From a virus: 43,795 nt of DNA. A program made the translations under genes and the position numbers. The number at the start of each line of letters is the position of its first letter. Within the stretch, counting starts at the first letter, position 1. Below the pieces are notes generated by a model. That model did not search any database, was not told where the DNA came from, and was given only the letters and a program-made list of their open reading frames with translations. The stretch lies in the IMG/VR virus record IMGVR_UViG_3300025018_000036, positions 1 through 43,795 of that record; one strand, 5' to 3'. This document shows, in pieces, positions 14,500 to 24,218 of this stretch.

Positions 14500-17273
14500 A
14501 GTGGGTATCCTTCAATGATGAAATCTACAGAGGTCGGGTCGGCCAGAGTGCCGTTCAGTTTGAACTGCCACCGTGGGCCATAGGTCAGGACATTGTCAAT
14601 CCGTTGGGCTGTCCACGCCCCGGAGGAGCTGTCTTGAACGATGACATTGGTGTTGCGGATGACAGCGTATGCGTTCGCCAGTGGTATCCGGATGTCGCCC
14701 GTGCCAATACGGTACGACCCCGTCAGGGTGGATATGTCCAGGTCGTTGATGTACTCGGTCTGAATAGCAGCGTCGACAGCGTACGACCACGAGCGCACGA
14801 AAGGCACTGGCTTCGGCACCGTAGCAGTCACCGTGATGCGGAGCTTGAAGTACCGTGAGTTGAATGGCGCACTTGGGTCACCCCATGCGCTCCACGACAC
14901 GCCATCACCGGACAGCGCAAGCTCCTGCACGATGATGCCATCCGCGTCCACAGTGCTGTTGATGCGGGCCGACACCGTGGCCCCTAGATCACGGGCTGGC
15001 GTCTCGTAGTAGATGGGTGACGTTGGTGCACTGTTCCACCGTCCGTGGTTGCCCCAGTCGTTAGGAAGGGACGTCCAGTCAGCCGTGTCGTCAGCCTCCA
15101 GCGCGGAACCTGCAACGTGGCACCCTGTCTTTGTGCCCGTCCAGCCTTCCGCATGCTCATAGAACTCATCGAACACGCTGCCGAGCCGCCTGTTGGGCAG
15201 TGTCACCTGGATATACAACGGTGTCACGGAGGCGTTGAACACCCTGTCGATCGCACACAGGGCGAAGGTGTAGTCGCCAGCCAACAGCGAATTTGATTCC
15301 ACTGGGGATTGGCTGTAGAAGCCATTGTCCGGCAGGTTGTCTAGCCGTTCCATGGTGTCCCATGCAGGCTCCACCAGCAGGCCCGGAAGATATCGTATCT
15401 GCGCCCCGAGGAAGTCCACCGGGCGGGGGGTGGATATATACGCGAATTCGAATTGACGAGTGCCGTCAGGCTGTATTGTGATGTTGAAGAAGTCGAAGTT
15501 GGGTGGGGGTACGTCCAGCATAGCCCCGGTGATCGTGTACGTGTACTCCACGACCTCGTCCAGTGTCTGCTCGCCGCCTCCGTACACGTTGAAGCTGGTG
15601 AACTTGAAGCTGAGGGGTTTGCCCACGTAGCTGATGTCCAGTGCACCGCTCTTCGCGATGGCTTCGTCCACCCGTACCATGGCAGAGTTCAGCGGGTGAG
15701 CTTGCTGTACGGTGTCAAACCCAGCACGCACCAGCCCACTCAACGTATACGCGTTGGAACCTATGAGTGCTGCCCCCTCGTGCGCCATGTACTCGCCTCC
15801 GGGGGTGGCACCTTCCAGCCATACGAGAGTGTTCAACGCGGCTGCATCCGCAGCACTGCCCGCAGTAAGGGGGCCACTGGACGCCTTCAGCTGGATGTTG
15901 ACGGACGTGTCAGAGTCGGCCATGTTCGCGGACACGTACCCGTATCGTGAACTACCCACCAGCCGGTCGACTTCTTGGTAGTTGGCCTCGCCATCCAAAG
16001 CCACCCACACGCGGCATCCTCCCCAGTTAAGCCCAGAACCACCCACAGCGATGTAGACCTCCAGCCCTGCCACGGTACGCTCCACCGGAGCCTCAAAGAA
16101 GACTGGGGTCTCTACAGAGCCTGGAGGGGTGTTGTAATTGTGCGAGAAGCCTTCGCCTGCCTCCGCCCCGTACGCTGGGGACGTAGCCATGCCAATCGGC
16201 GCGTCCTCACACTCGTACTCGTAGTCGCCATCGTTCTGCTCGCTGATGGTGTTGATGCGGACAGGCGTACCGTCCAGGCCCTTGGGGGCGTACGTGAGGG
16301 ACAACAGGTCCAACGGCTCCGCCATCACAAACGACCACGGGAGCGTGAATTTGTACGTGTTGCGTACGGACATCTGACGGTTCAGCAACAGCGTCGCCAG
16401 TGTGCGGGCCACAGCCGTATCACAAATGGCATGCGCCTCGAACGTTGCCATGGTGCGCAACCCCCGGTAATCGATGTCGGCCGAGTCCTTCGCCTCCACG
16501 ATATCCAGGTTATAGTCGTTGGTCCTGTTGCTGTACTCCACCCGAACGTGGTTGTACGCGTCTTCGTTGGACTTGCGGCTGACCTTCACCCCGTCCTCGT
16601 CCGGGCCACTGACAACGAAGTGGTCTTCCGTGAGCTCGTAGACTGGGACGTTGTTGGGCGTGTATGTTGCCCCGTTGGCTGTCACAGTCTTGTCGCCCAG
16701 AGGCACGAACTTCAGGGTGGCTTGTGACCACACGCAATCTGAATTGCACAGGTCCAGCAAGTACCGCAGCCATTCCGCTCCAGGCTTCTGTACAGACAGC
16801 ACCGGCGAGTACGACAGGCCCTGTGCCCGTGCATAGTTGGCGATGTCACTGACCTCCCCCGTGCGCGAGGCCGGGAAGTCCATGCCGTACCGGCTGTTGA
16901 AGAGCAAGTCCTGTATCACTGCTCCAGGGCTGGCGTCGGGGGTGTAGTCCTGCTCCCACGGGGTAGACACTTCAAACGTGTGGTTCACCACTTCTGCCGT
17001 ACTGCCGAGGTCGTACGCGGGGGCGAACACGTACGCGAACCCAGAGTAACCCAGTGCCTGCGCTGGAAACGCGCCTGCCAGATAACCCCATGTCGCCTGA
17101 CCGAGTGTCCCGTTTGTCAGGTTGAGGCCTGCCTCATTGAGGGCACTCACGGCGGAAGCAGTGTTCACGCCTTGGTATGTCACGGTGACGGGTGTGCCCA
17201 CCAGTGCAGCGGAGAACGTGTAGTTCCCCACACCATCCACGGTGTAGTCCACGCCCTCTGTCAAAGTTGTCAT
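14496..17273 (-). CDS. Host-specificity / central tail fibre protein (lambda J / GTA g15-like), large fragment
   Basis: 925 aa, located after the NlpC/P60 tail gene. The region FNSRYGMDFP...YARAQGLSYSPVL...LRYLLD is typical of J/g15-type proteins. Confidence 0.75.
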   Translation of the reverse strand: MTTLTEGVDYTVDGVGNYTFSAALVGTPVTVTYQGVNTASAVSALNEAGLNLTNGTLGQATWGYLAGAFPAQALGYSGFAYVFAPAYDLGSTAEVVNHTFEVSTPWEQDYTPDASPGAVIQDLLFNSRYGMDFPASRTGEVSDIANYARAQGLSYSPVLSVQKPGAEWLRYLLDLCNSDCVWSQATLKFVPLGDKTVTANGATYTPNNVPVYELTEDHFVVSGPDEDGVKVSRKSNEDAYNHVRVEYSNRTNDYNLDIVEAKDSADIDYRGLRTMATFEAHAICDTAVARTLATLLLNRQMSVRNTYKFTLPWSFVMAEPLDLLSLTYAPKGLDGTPVRINTISEQNDGDYEYECEDAPIGMATSPAYGAEAGEGFSHNYNTPPGSVETPVFFEAPVERTVAGLEVYIAVGGSGLNWGGCRVWVALDGEANYQEVDRLVGSSRYGYVSANMADSDTSVNIQLKASSGPLTAGSAADAAALNTLVWLEGATPGGEYMAHEGAALIGSNAYTLSGLVRAGFDTVQQAHPLNSAMVRVDEAIAKSGALDISYVGKPLSFKFTSFNVYGGGEQTLDEVVEYTYTITGAMLDVPPPNFDFFNITIQPDGTRQFEFAYISTPRPVDFLGAQIRYLPGLLVEPAWDTMERLDNLPDNGFYSQSPVESNSLLAGDYTFALCAIDRVFNASVTPLYIQVTLPNRRLGSVFDEFYEHAEGWTGTKTGCHVAGSALEADDTADWTSLPNDWGNHGRWNSAPTSPIYYETPARDLGATVSARINSTVDADGIIVQELALSGDGVSWSAWGDPSAPFNSRYFKLRITVTATVPKPVPFVRSWSYAVDAAIQTEYINDLDISTLTGSYRIGTGDIRIPLANAYAVIRNTNVIVQDSSSGAWTAQRIDNVLTYGPRWQFKLNGTLADPTSVDFIIEGYPL

Positions 17274-17761
17274 CAGTTGTTCCCCCAGTTGCCGTCGTAT
17301 ATTCCCTGCGTTGGGACTGCGTTGTTTGTCACACTCACATTCGCTGTGAACCCACTGCCGTCAGCAACGATGGCGGGTACGTTGATCGGTGCAGTGCTGC
17401 CGACGGTGAACGTGGTGGTGCGAGTCACCGGAGTGCTGTTTGTTGGCACGCCCACGAACTTGATCTTGCCCTTCCACACGGACGTGATCCGGCCAACGTA
17501 TCCCTCACCCAGAATCATGATCAGGGCTGCGGTATACGTGAAGTCCGTCTGCGACTGCGTAACCTTGCCTCCGCCCTTGCCACCACTGGTCTGAGTGCTG
17601 GTGTGAGGTACAGCCGCGAAGGCACCGTACCAGCTAAGGTTTCCGCTGACCCTGTTCCGCCCGTACATCACCTGGACGACTGACCCGTACACGGCTGTCT
17701 GGATGCGCAGATTGCCCGCCATGGGCTGGATCGTGCTGATCGTTGTGTTCTTGCCCGCCAT
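17273..17761 (-). CDS. N-terminal J/g15-like module encoded as a separate ORF (162 aa)
   Basis: LRIQTAVYGSVVQVMYGRNRVSGNLSWYG...SGGKGGGK...FTYTAALIMILGEGYVGRITSVWKGK matches the conserved N-terminus of GTA g15 / J-like proteins. Its stop overlaps the next ATG (ATGA at 17271..17275). Confidence 0.6.
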   Translation of the reverse strand: MAGKNTTISTIQPMAGNLRIQTAVYGSVVQVMYGRNRVSGNLSWYGAFAAVPHTSTQTSGGKGGGKVTQSQTDFTYTAALIMILGEGYVGRITSVWKGKIKFVGVPTNSTPVTRTTTFTVGSTAPINVPAIVADGSGFTANVSVTNNAVPTQGIYDGNWGNN

Positions 17762-17763
17762 GA

Positions 17764-18198
17764 CTAGTCCTCGATGCCGTTGATTGAGTAGAACACGTGA
17801 GGCCGCGACACAAGCTGCGACTCGCGCATGCTGCCCAGCACCACAGCACCCGCGTCGCGGTATGCGTGGATAATCGTACCCTGCTCATCCAACACGATGG
17901 CCCCGTGGCTGTACGTGCGGCCGAACCGCCACAGCACGACGTCGCCCGCCTTGGGGGTGTCTACCCGCGTGCCGTACTGTTCCACCCATGCCAGATACTT
18001 CTCCTCGCCCCTGTGCAGGTGCCAGTCCGTCGCGTACGGGCGGGGGTCCAGGGTGGCGGGCACGAGGCCCACCCCAGCGTAAACCCGGACCAGCAACATC
18101 GCGCAGTCGGTCCCCACGCCCTTTATGTCCCCGTGGTGGTGGTAGGGTGTCCGCAGCCACCCCATCGCCTCTGTGCGCACTTGCTGTCGCGTGGTCAT
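17764..18198 (-). CDS. NlpC/P60 family tail-associated cell-wall peptidase (GTA g14-like)
   Basis: The catalytic Cys context is GVGTDCAMLLVRVY and the His context is YSHGAIVLD. The position matches the GTA-like tail module. Confidence 0.8.
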   Translation of the reverse strand: MTTRQQVRTEAMGWLRTPYHHHGDIKGVGTDCAMLLVRVYAGVGLVPATLDPRPYATDWHLHRGEEKYLAWVEQYGTRVDTPKAGDVVLWRFGRTYSHGAIVLDEQGTIIHAYRDAGAVVLGSMRESQLVSRPHVFYSINGIED

Positions 18199-19058
18199 GT
18201 GACTGTCTCCGGTACGGGCACGTACGGCATGCCCCTGAATCTGGCCTTGTTTCCAAACGTGCCGTCACACGTGGCCTGTGACTTGTCGCATCCAGGCACT
18301 AGCGTGAAGGTGTCCGAAGCCGCCACAGCGAACGGAAACGCCCGAGGGAAGGACAACGTGGCCCCGGAGTGCTGCAGGACGGTGCGCTGGATGCCTGCAT
18401 TGGCCCCACTGGTGAACCGCAGCACACCAAGGCTGAAGTACCCGGAGGTATACCCGCCGGACACGGTGTTGGTGAAGGTGGTGGGGTCAACGACAGTGCT
18501 GATAGCTCCGGAGACGGTGCGTGCTGCCTTGCTGACCCCGCAGTTGGAGTCGTACAGGTTGTTCAGGCATCCAGGCTGGTACAGCGAACGAGGCACCTGT
18601 TGGTTGAGCTGGGTAAGCTGTGACTTCACGGTCAGCTCCGCCCCCATGTCCGTCGGGTCTACGTCTGACACCGCCCCCATGAACCACACGATGGAGCCCT
18701 GCACCACGTTGGAGTCGTTGAGGTAGATGCGCTCCAGTTGCACGGCAGCCGAATCGAACCCGCCTTTCGTGGCGAACACAGGCAGACGCTGCCCATCCAC
18801 GAGCACGAGTGGCCCGTGCAAGTCCACCTGGAGCTGAGCGACTTCGATGCCCCGTGTCCAGCGCACCCGGTCACGAGTGATGATGGGTCCGGGTGTGAAC
18901 ACGCGGGCGGGTGGCCCCAGCGTGGTCAGGGGTGCGTCGGCGTCTGTCCACTGCACTTGCGTCTGGGACTGCAGGAGGATAGTCCACAGGTCAAAGGACA
19001 CCCCCTGCTTCCGGTTGTCCAGGAAGGTTACGAGTGATGGTGCGACGTTGGTTTTCAT
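18195..19058 (-). CDS. DUF2163 / phage BR0599-family distal tail protein (GTA g13-like)
   Basis: The C-terminal PGCDKSQATCDGTFGNKARFRGMPYVP is the conserved BR0599 C-terminal box. Start is ATG 19058 (ATGA overlap). Confidence 0.7.
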   Translation of the reverse strand: MKTNVAPSLVTFLDNRKQGVSFDLWTILLQSQTQVQWTDADAPLTTLGPPARVFTPGPIITRDRVRWTRGIEVAQLQVDLHGPLVLVDGQRLPVFATKGGFDSAAVQLERIYLNDSNVVQGSIVWFMGAVSDVDPTDMGAELTVKSQLTQLNQQVPRSLYQPGCLNNLYDSNCGVSKAARTVSGAISTVVDPTTFTNTVSGGYTSGYFSLGVLRFTSGANAGIQRTVLQHSGATLSFPRAFPFAVAASDTFTLVPGCDKSQATCDGTFGNKARFRGMPYVPVPETVT

Positions 19059-19657
19059 GGCCGGAATGTCCTGAACTCGAGGTCGGTCTTCCACTTACCC
19101 TTCATCATGGCGTCCGTGGGTAGCTCGTCGTTGATGAACCGACACCGTTTGTAGTACGTGCCCGTCCACGTAATGGCGTGACCGTTTGGTGGTGGGGTCA
19201 CGAAGGATATCAACCGGAGTTCGGCATCGAACACATACTGCGTCGTAATCGTCTGCAGCACCGCGTTCACATACACCTGCGCTGTCCCAGCGTTCACCGC
19301 ACCCACAGGCTCCGCGAAACCCCCATACGAGGAGAGGATTTCAAACTGGTCAGTGGTGCCATCACCAGTGCCCATATTCTGCAGCGTGGCGATATTGTCA
19401 AACTGGTCCAGGTACAGCCAGTCGTCATACTTGCCATTCCGGGCATTGAAGAACGCCAGTATCTGCTGGAACTCAGTCAGTGACGCGGCATCCCGTAGGA
19501 CTTCATACGGTAGACGGTACTTCCAGATCGGGTACAGCCTGCGTCGGAGCGTGTACTGCCTGCCCGATACCGCGTTGGACTCTTTCGTGGCCCACATGGG
19601 CGTCTTCTTGATGCCCCACGAAAGGCCCGGAAACGAAGGAAGAATGTTGTTGCTCAT
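19055..19657 (-). CDS. DUF2460-like distal tail protein (GTA g12-like)
   Basis: The N-terminus is MSNNILPSFPGLSWGIKKTPMWATK...SGRQY. Start is ATG 19657 (ATGA overlap with the tape-measure stop). Confidence 0.65.
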   Translation of the reverse strand: MSNNILPSFPGLSWGIKKTPMWATKESNAVSGRQYTLRRRLYPIWKYRLPYEVLRDAASLTEFQQILAFFNARNGKYDDWLYLDQFDNIATLQNMGTGDGTTDQFEILSSYGGFAEPVGAVNAGTAQVYVNAVLQTITTQYVFDAELRLISFVTPPPNGHAITWTGTYYKRCRFINDELPTDAMMKGKWKTDLEFRTFRP

Positions 19658-21975
19658 GGCGTGTATGCGTTGTCGCGCTTGCGCGAGCCTAAGTATTTGA
19701 GCATCACATCTCCGCCGGAGCCCTTCAGCCACCGTTCGAAGCTGCGTGCGTCGAGAGCCTGTATGGTAACTCCGCCACCCATGCCACCCCCGCCCTCGGC
19801 CATGGCACGCACCGCGTCCGCCTGCTGGGCAGGCAGCACCATCTCCCGCTCGTGTAGCTGGGTCATGGGGTTTACCCCTGCTGGGATGTCGTACCCACCT
19901 GACGCACTGGCAACCGTTGCCCCGAGGCCTAGAACAGCCGCCATGATCGTAGCCATACTGCCCAGTGCAAGGGCCGGACCGACGATTGGTATGCCCGCCT
20001 GCGAGGCCGCAGCACCCGCCCCAGCCTTAGCAGCGTCCACGGAGATGAGGCCCATGGCGAGGGCCTTCTCCATCGCGAACGCTGCCACTTTCTTCGCAAT
20101 CATCTGGCCGATGAAGTTGCCCACAGCCGTCAGAGTACTGCTCAGCAGGCTTTTCATGGCTTGCCCGATTGTCATGGTCTGGTTGACAAGGCCCGTGACC
20201 ACGTTGCCGAAGCCCGAGCCGATGGCATCGAACATGGTACGCCAGTCCTTGAGCTGTTCCTTCTGCTGTTGCCCAAGGATGCTCTTCTGCTTCTGGGCGT
20301 GCTCCCTCTCCACGGCAGCAAGCTCGTCGTTGAGCTTCTGCAGAGCCACGACGTTCTTCGTTGGGTCCGTTGCCAACACCGCCATCCGGGAGCGCACTGC
20401 CTCCACGGTGATGCGATACCTGTCGTCCTCGAGTTGCTCCTCGAGTTGCAGCATCTCCATCTGAGTGATGCGCTGCATGTCTAGCTTCTGTTGCCCTTCC
20501 AGCCGGGTGGCTTCCACGACATCCAGTTGCTGGGCCTTGTACGCAGATATCGCCTCTTCCGACAGCGCGAGTTGCTCTGTCCGCTGGGCCTTCATTATCT
20601 CAAGCTCCGTCTGTGCCGTGCGCTTGCGCAGTTCCACCTTCTCGCGGGCATTGACATCCGCCATCAGGGATATCTCGCGCCAGTACGCAAGCTCCTGCTC
20701 CTTGGACATCTCCCGCAGGTCGTTCTCTTTCTGGTACTTGATCTTCAGCTCGTCCAGCTCCGCCTGCCACTCGGCCATCCGGCTGTCCAGGTGTTCCTTC
20801 TTGTCCTTGGTGGCCTTTTGTGGCTTGAGCTCGTCAGGCATGATGGCCGAACGCCTGCCTTTGGACGCCTGATTGTCGCCTGCTCCACCGTTGTTGCCCA
20901 GCGTGGAGTCCCACATACGGGACATCCGGTCATTGGTGTCCGTGGAGGACTTTAGAACGTTCGCAAAGGCAGTTTCCCATGCCGTTGCTATGTTGGCCGG
21001 AGCCGCCCGAATGGCGTCCGCAGCACCCTCGAAGTCGCCGGACAGCATGCGCGTGACCGCGAGGCCTAGTGCAATGATCGGCTCCGAAATGCTGATGAAC
21101 ATGGCGTACACCACTTCCCACACCAGCCGCACACCGTTCACCAGTCCGAGGAATGCCGTGGTGAGGCCGGACAGCGCACCCCGCACCACCTTGATCGCTG
21201 CGGGGGCAGCGTCGTTGAACATATCCAACAGTGACGTCACGGCTGGCATCACCGTCTCACCCACTGCCCGCCCGAAGCCCTGCATACCCAGCGTGGCGAG
21301 GTCGTTGGCTGAGTCGAATTCTTTCCATGCCGTAGTGGCGTTCAGGCCCACTTCCAGGCCCAACGTGCGGGCCGCTTCCTCGTTAGCTGCGAGGGCTTCC
21401 CGGTTGATCAGCAGGAGGCGTGACGTACCTTCCACACCACGTCCGAAGAACTCCTGCGCTGCGATGCTTCGGTCAGTACCCTCCCGGAACGTGTTGGTCA
21501 CCTCGATGGCGTCCAGCATCAGTTCGTTCATGGGGCGGAGCTCGCCGTTGGTCTCGCGCGTGCGCAAGCCCAGCTTCTGCAGGCCCTCCTCATTCTTGGT
21601 GAGCTCGCGCTGCAGACCACGCATCGCGAGGGTGTATTCACCCGTGGAGGAGTTGACGTCAGCGATGGTGGCCTGCAACCCGGCGACCTCGTTGGTGGTG
21701 ACGCTCAGTGCTCGCGACAAGTCCTGGGCCTCGTTGACCGTCTCAGCGAACTGGTCCACCATGTTCTTCAAGGCGGCGAAGGTGGCCCCCACTAGGACCG
21801 CAGTGAACGCCTTGAAGGTGGACGTTACCTTGTCGATGCTTTTGGTGACGCCCCCGAGGGACGACTGCATCGAGTCCACACCCTTGGTGACAGCGTCCGA
21901 AGCCTTCTTCATGGCTGTTTCGGCACCGGAGCTGTCACCGGTGATCTTTACCTTGGTCTCTTTGTCATCTGCCAT
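19654..21975 (-). CDS. Tape measure protein
   Basis: 773 aa, helical and coiled-coil rich with hydrophobic segments near the C-terminus. It lies immediately downstream of the G/GT chaperone pair. Confidence 0.85.
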   Translation of the reverse strand: MADDKETKVKITGDSSGAETAMKKASDAVTKGVDSMQSSLGGVTKSIDKVTSTFKAFTAVLVGATFAALKNMVDQFAETVNEAQDLSRALSVTTNEVAGLQATIADVNSSTGEYTLAMRGLQRELTKNEEGLQKLGLRTRETNGELRPMNELMLDAIEVTNTFREGTDRSIAAQEFFGRGVEGTSRLLLINREALAANEEAARTLGLEVGLNATTAWKEFDSANDLATLGMQGFGRAVGETVMPAVTSLLDMFNDAAPAAIKVVRGALSGLTTAFLGLVNGVRLVWEVVYAMFISISEPIIALGLAVTRMLSGDFEGAADAIRAAPANIATAWETAFANVLKSSTDTNDRMSRMWDSTLGNNGGAGDNQASKGRRSAIMPDELKPQKATKDKKEHLDSRMAEWQAELDELKIKYQKENDLREMSKEQELAYWREISLMADVNAREKVELRKRTAQTELEIMKAQRTEQLALSEEAISAYKAQQLDVVEATRLEGQQKLDMQRITQMEMLQLEEQLEDDRYRITVEAVRSRMAVLATDPTKNVVALQKLNDELAAVEREHAQKQKSILGQQQKEQLKDWRTMFDAIGSGFGNVVTGLVNQTMTIGQAMKSLLSSTLTAVGNFIGQMIAKKVAAFAMEKALAMGLISVDAAKAGAGAAASQAGIPIVGPALALGSMATIMAAVLGLGATVASASGGYDIPAGVNPMTQLHEREMVLPAQQADAVRAMAEGGGGMGGGVTIQALDARSFERWLKGSGGDVMLKYLGSRKRDNAYTP

Positions 21976-22536
21976 TTGGGTTCATCTCCATGATAGGTGC
22001 GCTCGCTACGAGCGATTCAACGTCGCCTTGCGATTGGGCTGATCCCCCAGACTTGCCCCACCCAACATACGCAGCCACGGAAATGTGAACAGGGGGGTTC
22101 TTGAGCCAGTACGTGCCCAAGGCATCAAGCCTCGGCATGTCCATGAACTCGTCGATGTACTCCCATGTCCACCCCGTACTCGTTATCAGTTGGGCGTAGA
22201 GCTCAGCCCAGTCTAGGGGTTTGAAGAGGCGTCCCCGGCACCTGTGGCTTCCAGCCGTTTGCGCTTGAGGCCGGACACATCCATGATGGCCTCCATCACC
22301 TCGCCCATGTTGCCCACATCCAGCAGGTCGATGACCTCGTCACGGGTCATGTCGGGGTAGTTCCGCTGGAGGGCCGCAGTGGTGGCGTCCAGAACGAGTT
22401 CCATTGACTCTGCGTCAATCCCTCCCTGGAACGACTGGAGCCTGCCTTGCAGTTCTTGCAAGCTCCGGAAGTTCAGGGGAGGAACGACCAAGTCCGGGCG
22501 ATCTTCGAAAGCCTTGATGCCTTTGAACTTGGTCAT
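21965..22536 (-). CDS. Tail assembly chaperone frameshift fusion (gpGT-like), predicted -1 shift at 22216..22222
   Basis: The -1 frame is open from the slip site to TGA 21965..21967. It reads PLDWAELYAQLITSTGWTWEYIDEFMDMPRLDALGTYWLKNPPVHISVAAYVGW... and has no start codon of its own giving 60 aa or more. Confidence 0.5.
22213..22536 (-). CDS. Tail assembly chaperone (gpG-like)
   Basis: 107-aa acidic protein between the tail tube and tape measure. It ends at a slippery heptamer directly before its TAG stop. Confidence 0.65.
   Translation of the reverse strand: MTKFKGIKAFEDRPDLVVPPLNFRSLQELQGRLQSFQGGIDAESMELVLDATTAALQRNYPDMTRDEVIDLLDVGNMGEVMEAIMDVSGLKRKRLEATGAGDASSNP
22216..22222 (-). other. 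Candidate -1 programmed frameshift heptamer A_AAC_CCC
   Basis: The minus strand reads TCA AAC CCC TAG. A AAC CCC fits the X_XXY_YYZ pattern and is immediately followed by the zero-frame stop. Confidence 0.5.
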
Positions 22537-22540
22537 GTCG

Positions 22541-23302
22541 TTACTCGCTGAAGCTGCGGTACATCACGTTCCCTGCGGAATCCGCGAAGCACTCGAAGTC
22601 CATCTCCGGCACCATGTAGTCGTCCAGCTTGGACTGCCAGCCCAGCTTCGACGCGATGGCCTGTGGGTAGGAAGTGGCGAACTGTTTGCCATTCTTCTTG
22701 AAGAAGACATCCAGACGACAGATCGGTGCCGCACCCATGGGCACGTTGACGATTGTCATCTTGTTCGCACCAGTCACGGTCGCCGTGTAGCTGTAGCTGA
22801 TGAACACCTTCAGGCCCGTATCTGCAGCCGCGAAGGTGTACACACCAGCCGCGACAGAGTACTGACCCGTGATGGGCGCGGAAGCCACCTTGGTCATCGG
22901 CAGGCCGGATGCGTTGCGCACGCCCATGTCCGCAGCCCAAGTGCCCGAGTCAGGCACCGTGGGTGTGATGGTGAAGGGTGTGGCCGGGATGAGCGCACCC
23001 ACGACGTCAGACACGTAGCCCGACAGGCCCATGGACAGCGTCTGCCCGAAGTACAGGCTGGACACTGCCAGACCGTTCACCTGCGCGAACTTGCACTTGA
23101 CGCCGAGGTTGCCCTTGCCACGACCCACGTCGACAGGGAACTGGTTCTGCCCATACAACTTCTTCGTCTCGAATGATTCATCCATCGAAATCTCCTGCGA
23201 GACCGCGAGTTGAACCGGCGTACCGTTGACAACGGTGTTGCCGAACGCGTCCTGGAGCGGAGTCGCCCAGATCGTACCGGCACCGAAAATATACTGAGAC
23301 AT
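22541..23302 (-). CDS. Major tail (tube) protein
   Basis: ATG 23302 follows GGAGG (complement of 23310..23314). 253 aa, beta-rich, positioned between the neck proteins and the chaperones. Confidence 0.6.
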   Translation of the reverse strand: MSQYIFGAGTIWATPLQDAFGNTVVNGTPVQLAVSQEISMDESFETKKLYGQNQFPVDVGRGKGNLGVKCKFAQVNGLAVSSLYFGQTLSMGLSGYVSDVVGALIPATPFTITPTVPDSGTWAADMGVRNASGLPMTKVASAPITGQYSVAAGVYTFAAADTGLKVFISYSYTATVTGANKMTIVNVPMGAAPICRLDVFFKKNGKQFATSYPQAIASKLGWQSKLDDYMVPEMDFECFADSAGNVMYRSFSE

Positions 23303-23313
23303 TTGATGTCCTC

Positions 23314-23739
23314 CTAAGAAACAAACATGGAAACCGGGATGATTGCAACCGACTGGTCGCCTAACGTGCCTTCGTCCGTTTCGATCGCGCCTTCGATACG
23401 GCACCAGTGCACCAGACCCCCGAGGGTCTGCACATTGTCAATCTGATTGGGTGCCAGCGCGCCTTCGATGGCGTCAATCAGGGGGTTGATGATCGGACCG
23501 GGGTCGAGCCCCCCATCCGTACGGCAGTAGATATACACATCCACATTCAGGGTCCACTCGGTGGGCTGTCCGCGCACCGTGCGGGGTACTTCGTTCCGCT
23601 GGGCCATGAAGAGAGCAGGCTGCGCACCGGCACCCACATCGTTCCAGTGCAGGAGCCTGCGGCTGGTGGTGCGGTACTGGGCAGTCCCGGCCAGCAGGGC
23701 GAACAGGGCTGCGTAGATACTTTCACGAGGGGGTATCAC
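23314..23739 (-). CDS. Neck / tail-completion protein (DUF3168-like position)
   Basis: GTG 23739 overlaps the upstream stop (GTGA). Size and position are those of a tail terminator. The family call is weak. Confidence 0.4.
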   Translation of the reverse strand: MIPPRESIYAALFALLAGTAQYRTTSRRLLHWNDVGAGAQPALFMAQRNEVPRTVRGQPTEWTLNVDVYIYCRTDGGLDPGPIINPLIDAIEGALAPNQIDNVQTLGGLVHWCRIEGAIETDEGTLGDQSVAIIPVSMFVS

Positions 23740-24218
23740 TTGAGGGCCTCCAATACCGTTGCGTTCGTCTGGGCGTCAATCTCGCCACTCATGTCCGCGA
23801 GGGCCGAGCGCAGGAAGGAGCGCTCAGGCAAGGTGACGTTCCGCGCGTGCGACCCGACCATCACCTGCACAGGGGTGATGCTGCGGCCAAAGGCTGTCAC
23901 CTGCGTACGCACATGCTCGCGGATGGTCACCTTGCCTTTGAACCCGTACTCGTGTGGACGAGCGTAGACCAAATTCGTGCCCACAGTGCCCGACACCATG
24001 GGGGTGTCTTGCCCTGCCACACGTTGATTGATGCTGCGCCGGAGCTTGCCCGTGCGCACGTTGAGCACCTGCCCGCTGAGCTTGCTGCCCTTCACGCGCA
24101 CGAGCAAGCGCATGGTCAGGCGGGTGATGAGTTGCGTCATCCCCGCCCGAAGCTGGGGGCCTTTGCGTGCGGCATCCAGCTTGAGGGTTTCGCCTCCTAT
24201 GAGCTCGCCCTTGATCAC
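23736..24218 (-). CDS. HK97 gp10-like head-tail joining protein
   Basis: GTG 24218 overlaps the upstream TGA (GTGA). Motif: VLNVRTGKLRRSINQRV...VGTNLVYARPHEYG. Confidence 0.6.
   Translation of the reverse strand: MIKGELIGGETLKLDAARKGPQLRAGMTQLITRLTMRLLVRVKGSKLSGQVLNVRTGKLRRSINQRVAGQDTPMVSGTVGTNLVYARPHEYGFKGKVTIREHVRTQVTAFGRSITPVQVMVGSHARNVTLPERSFLRSALADMSGEIDAQTNATVLEALK

Noticed and set aside
12962-17273. Diversity-generating retroelement targeting the fibre genes
   Set aside because: No reverse transcriptase gene is present in the genome, and I noticed no template/variable repeat pair near the fibre C-termini.
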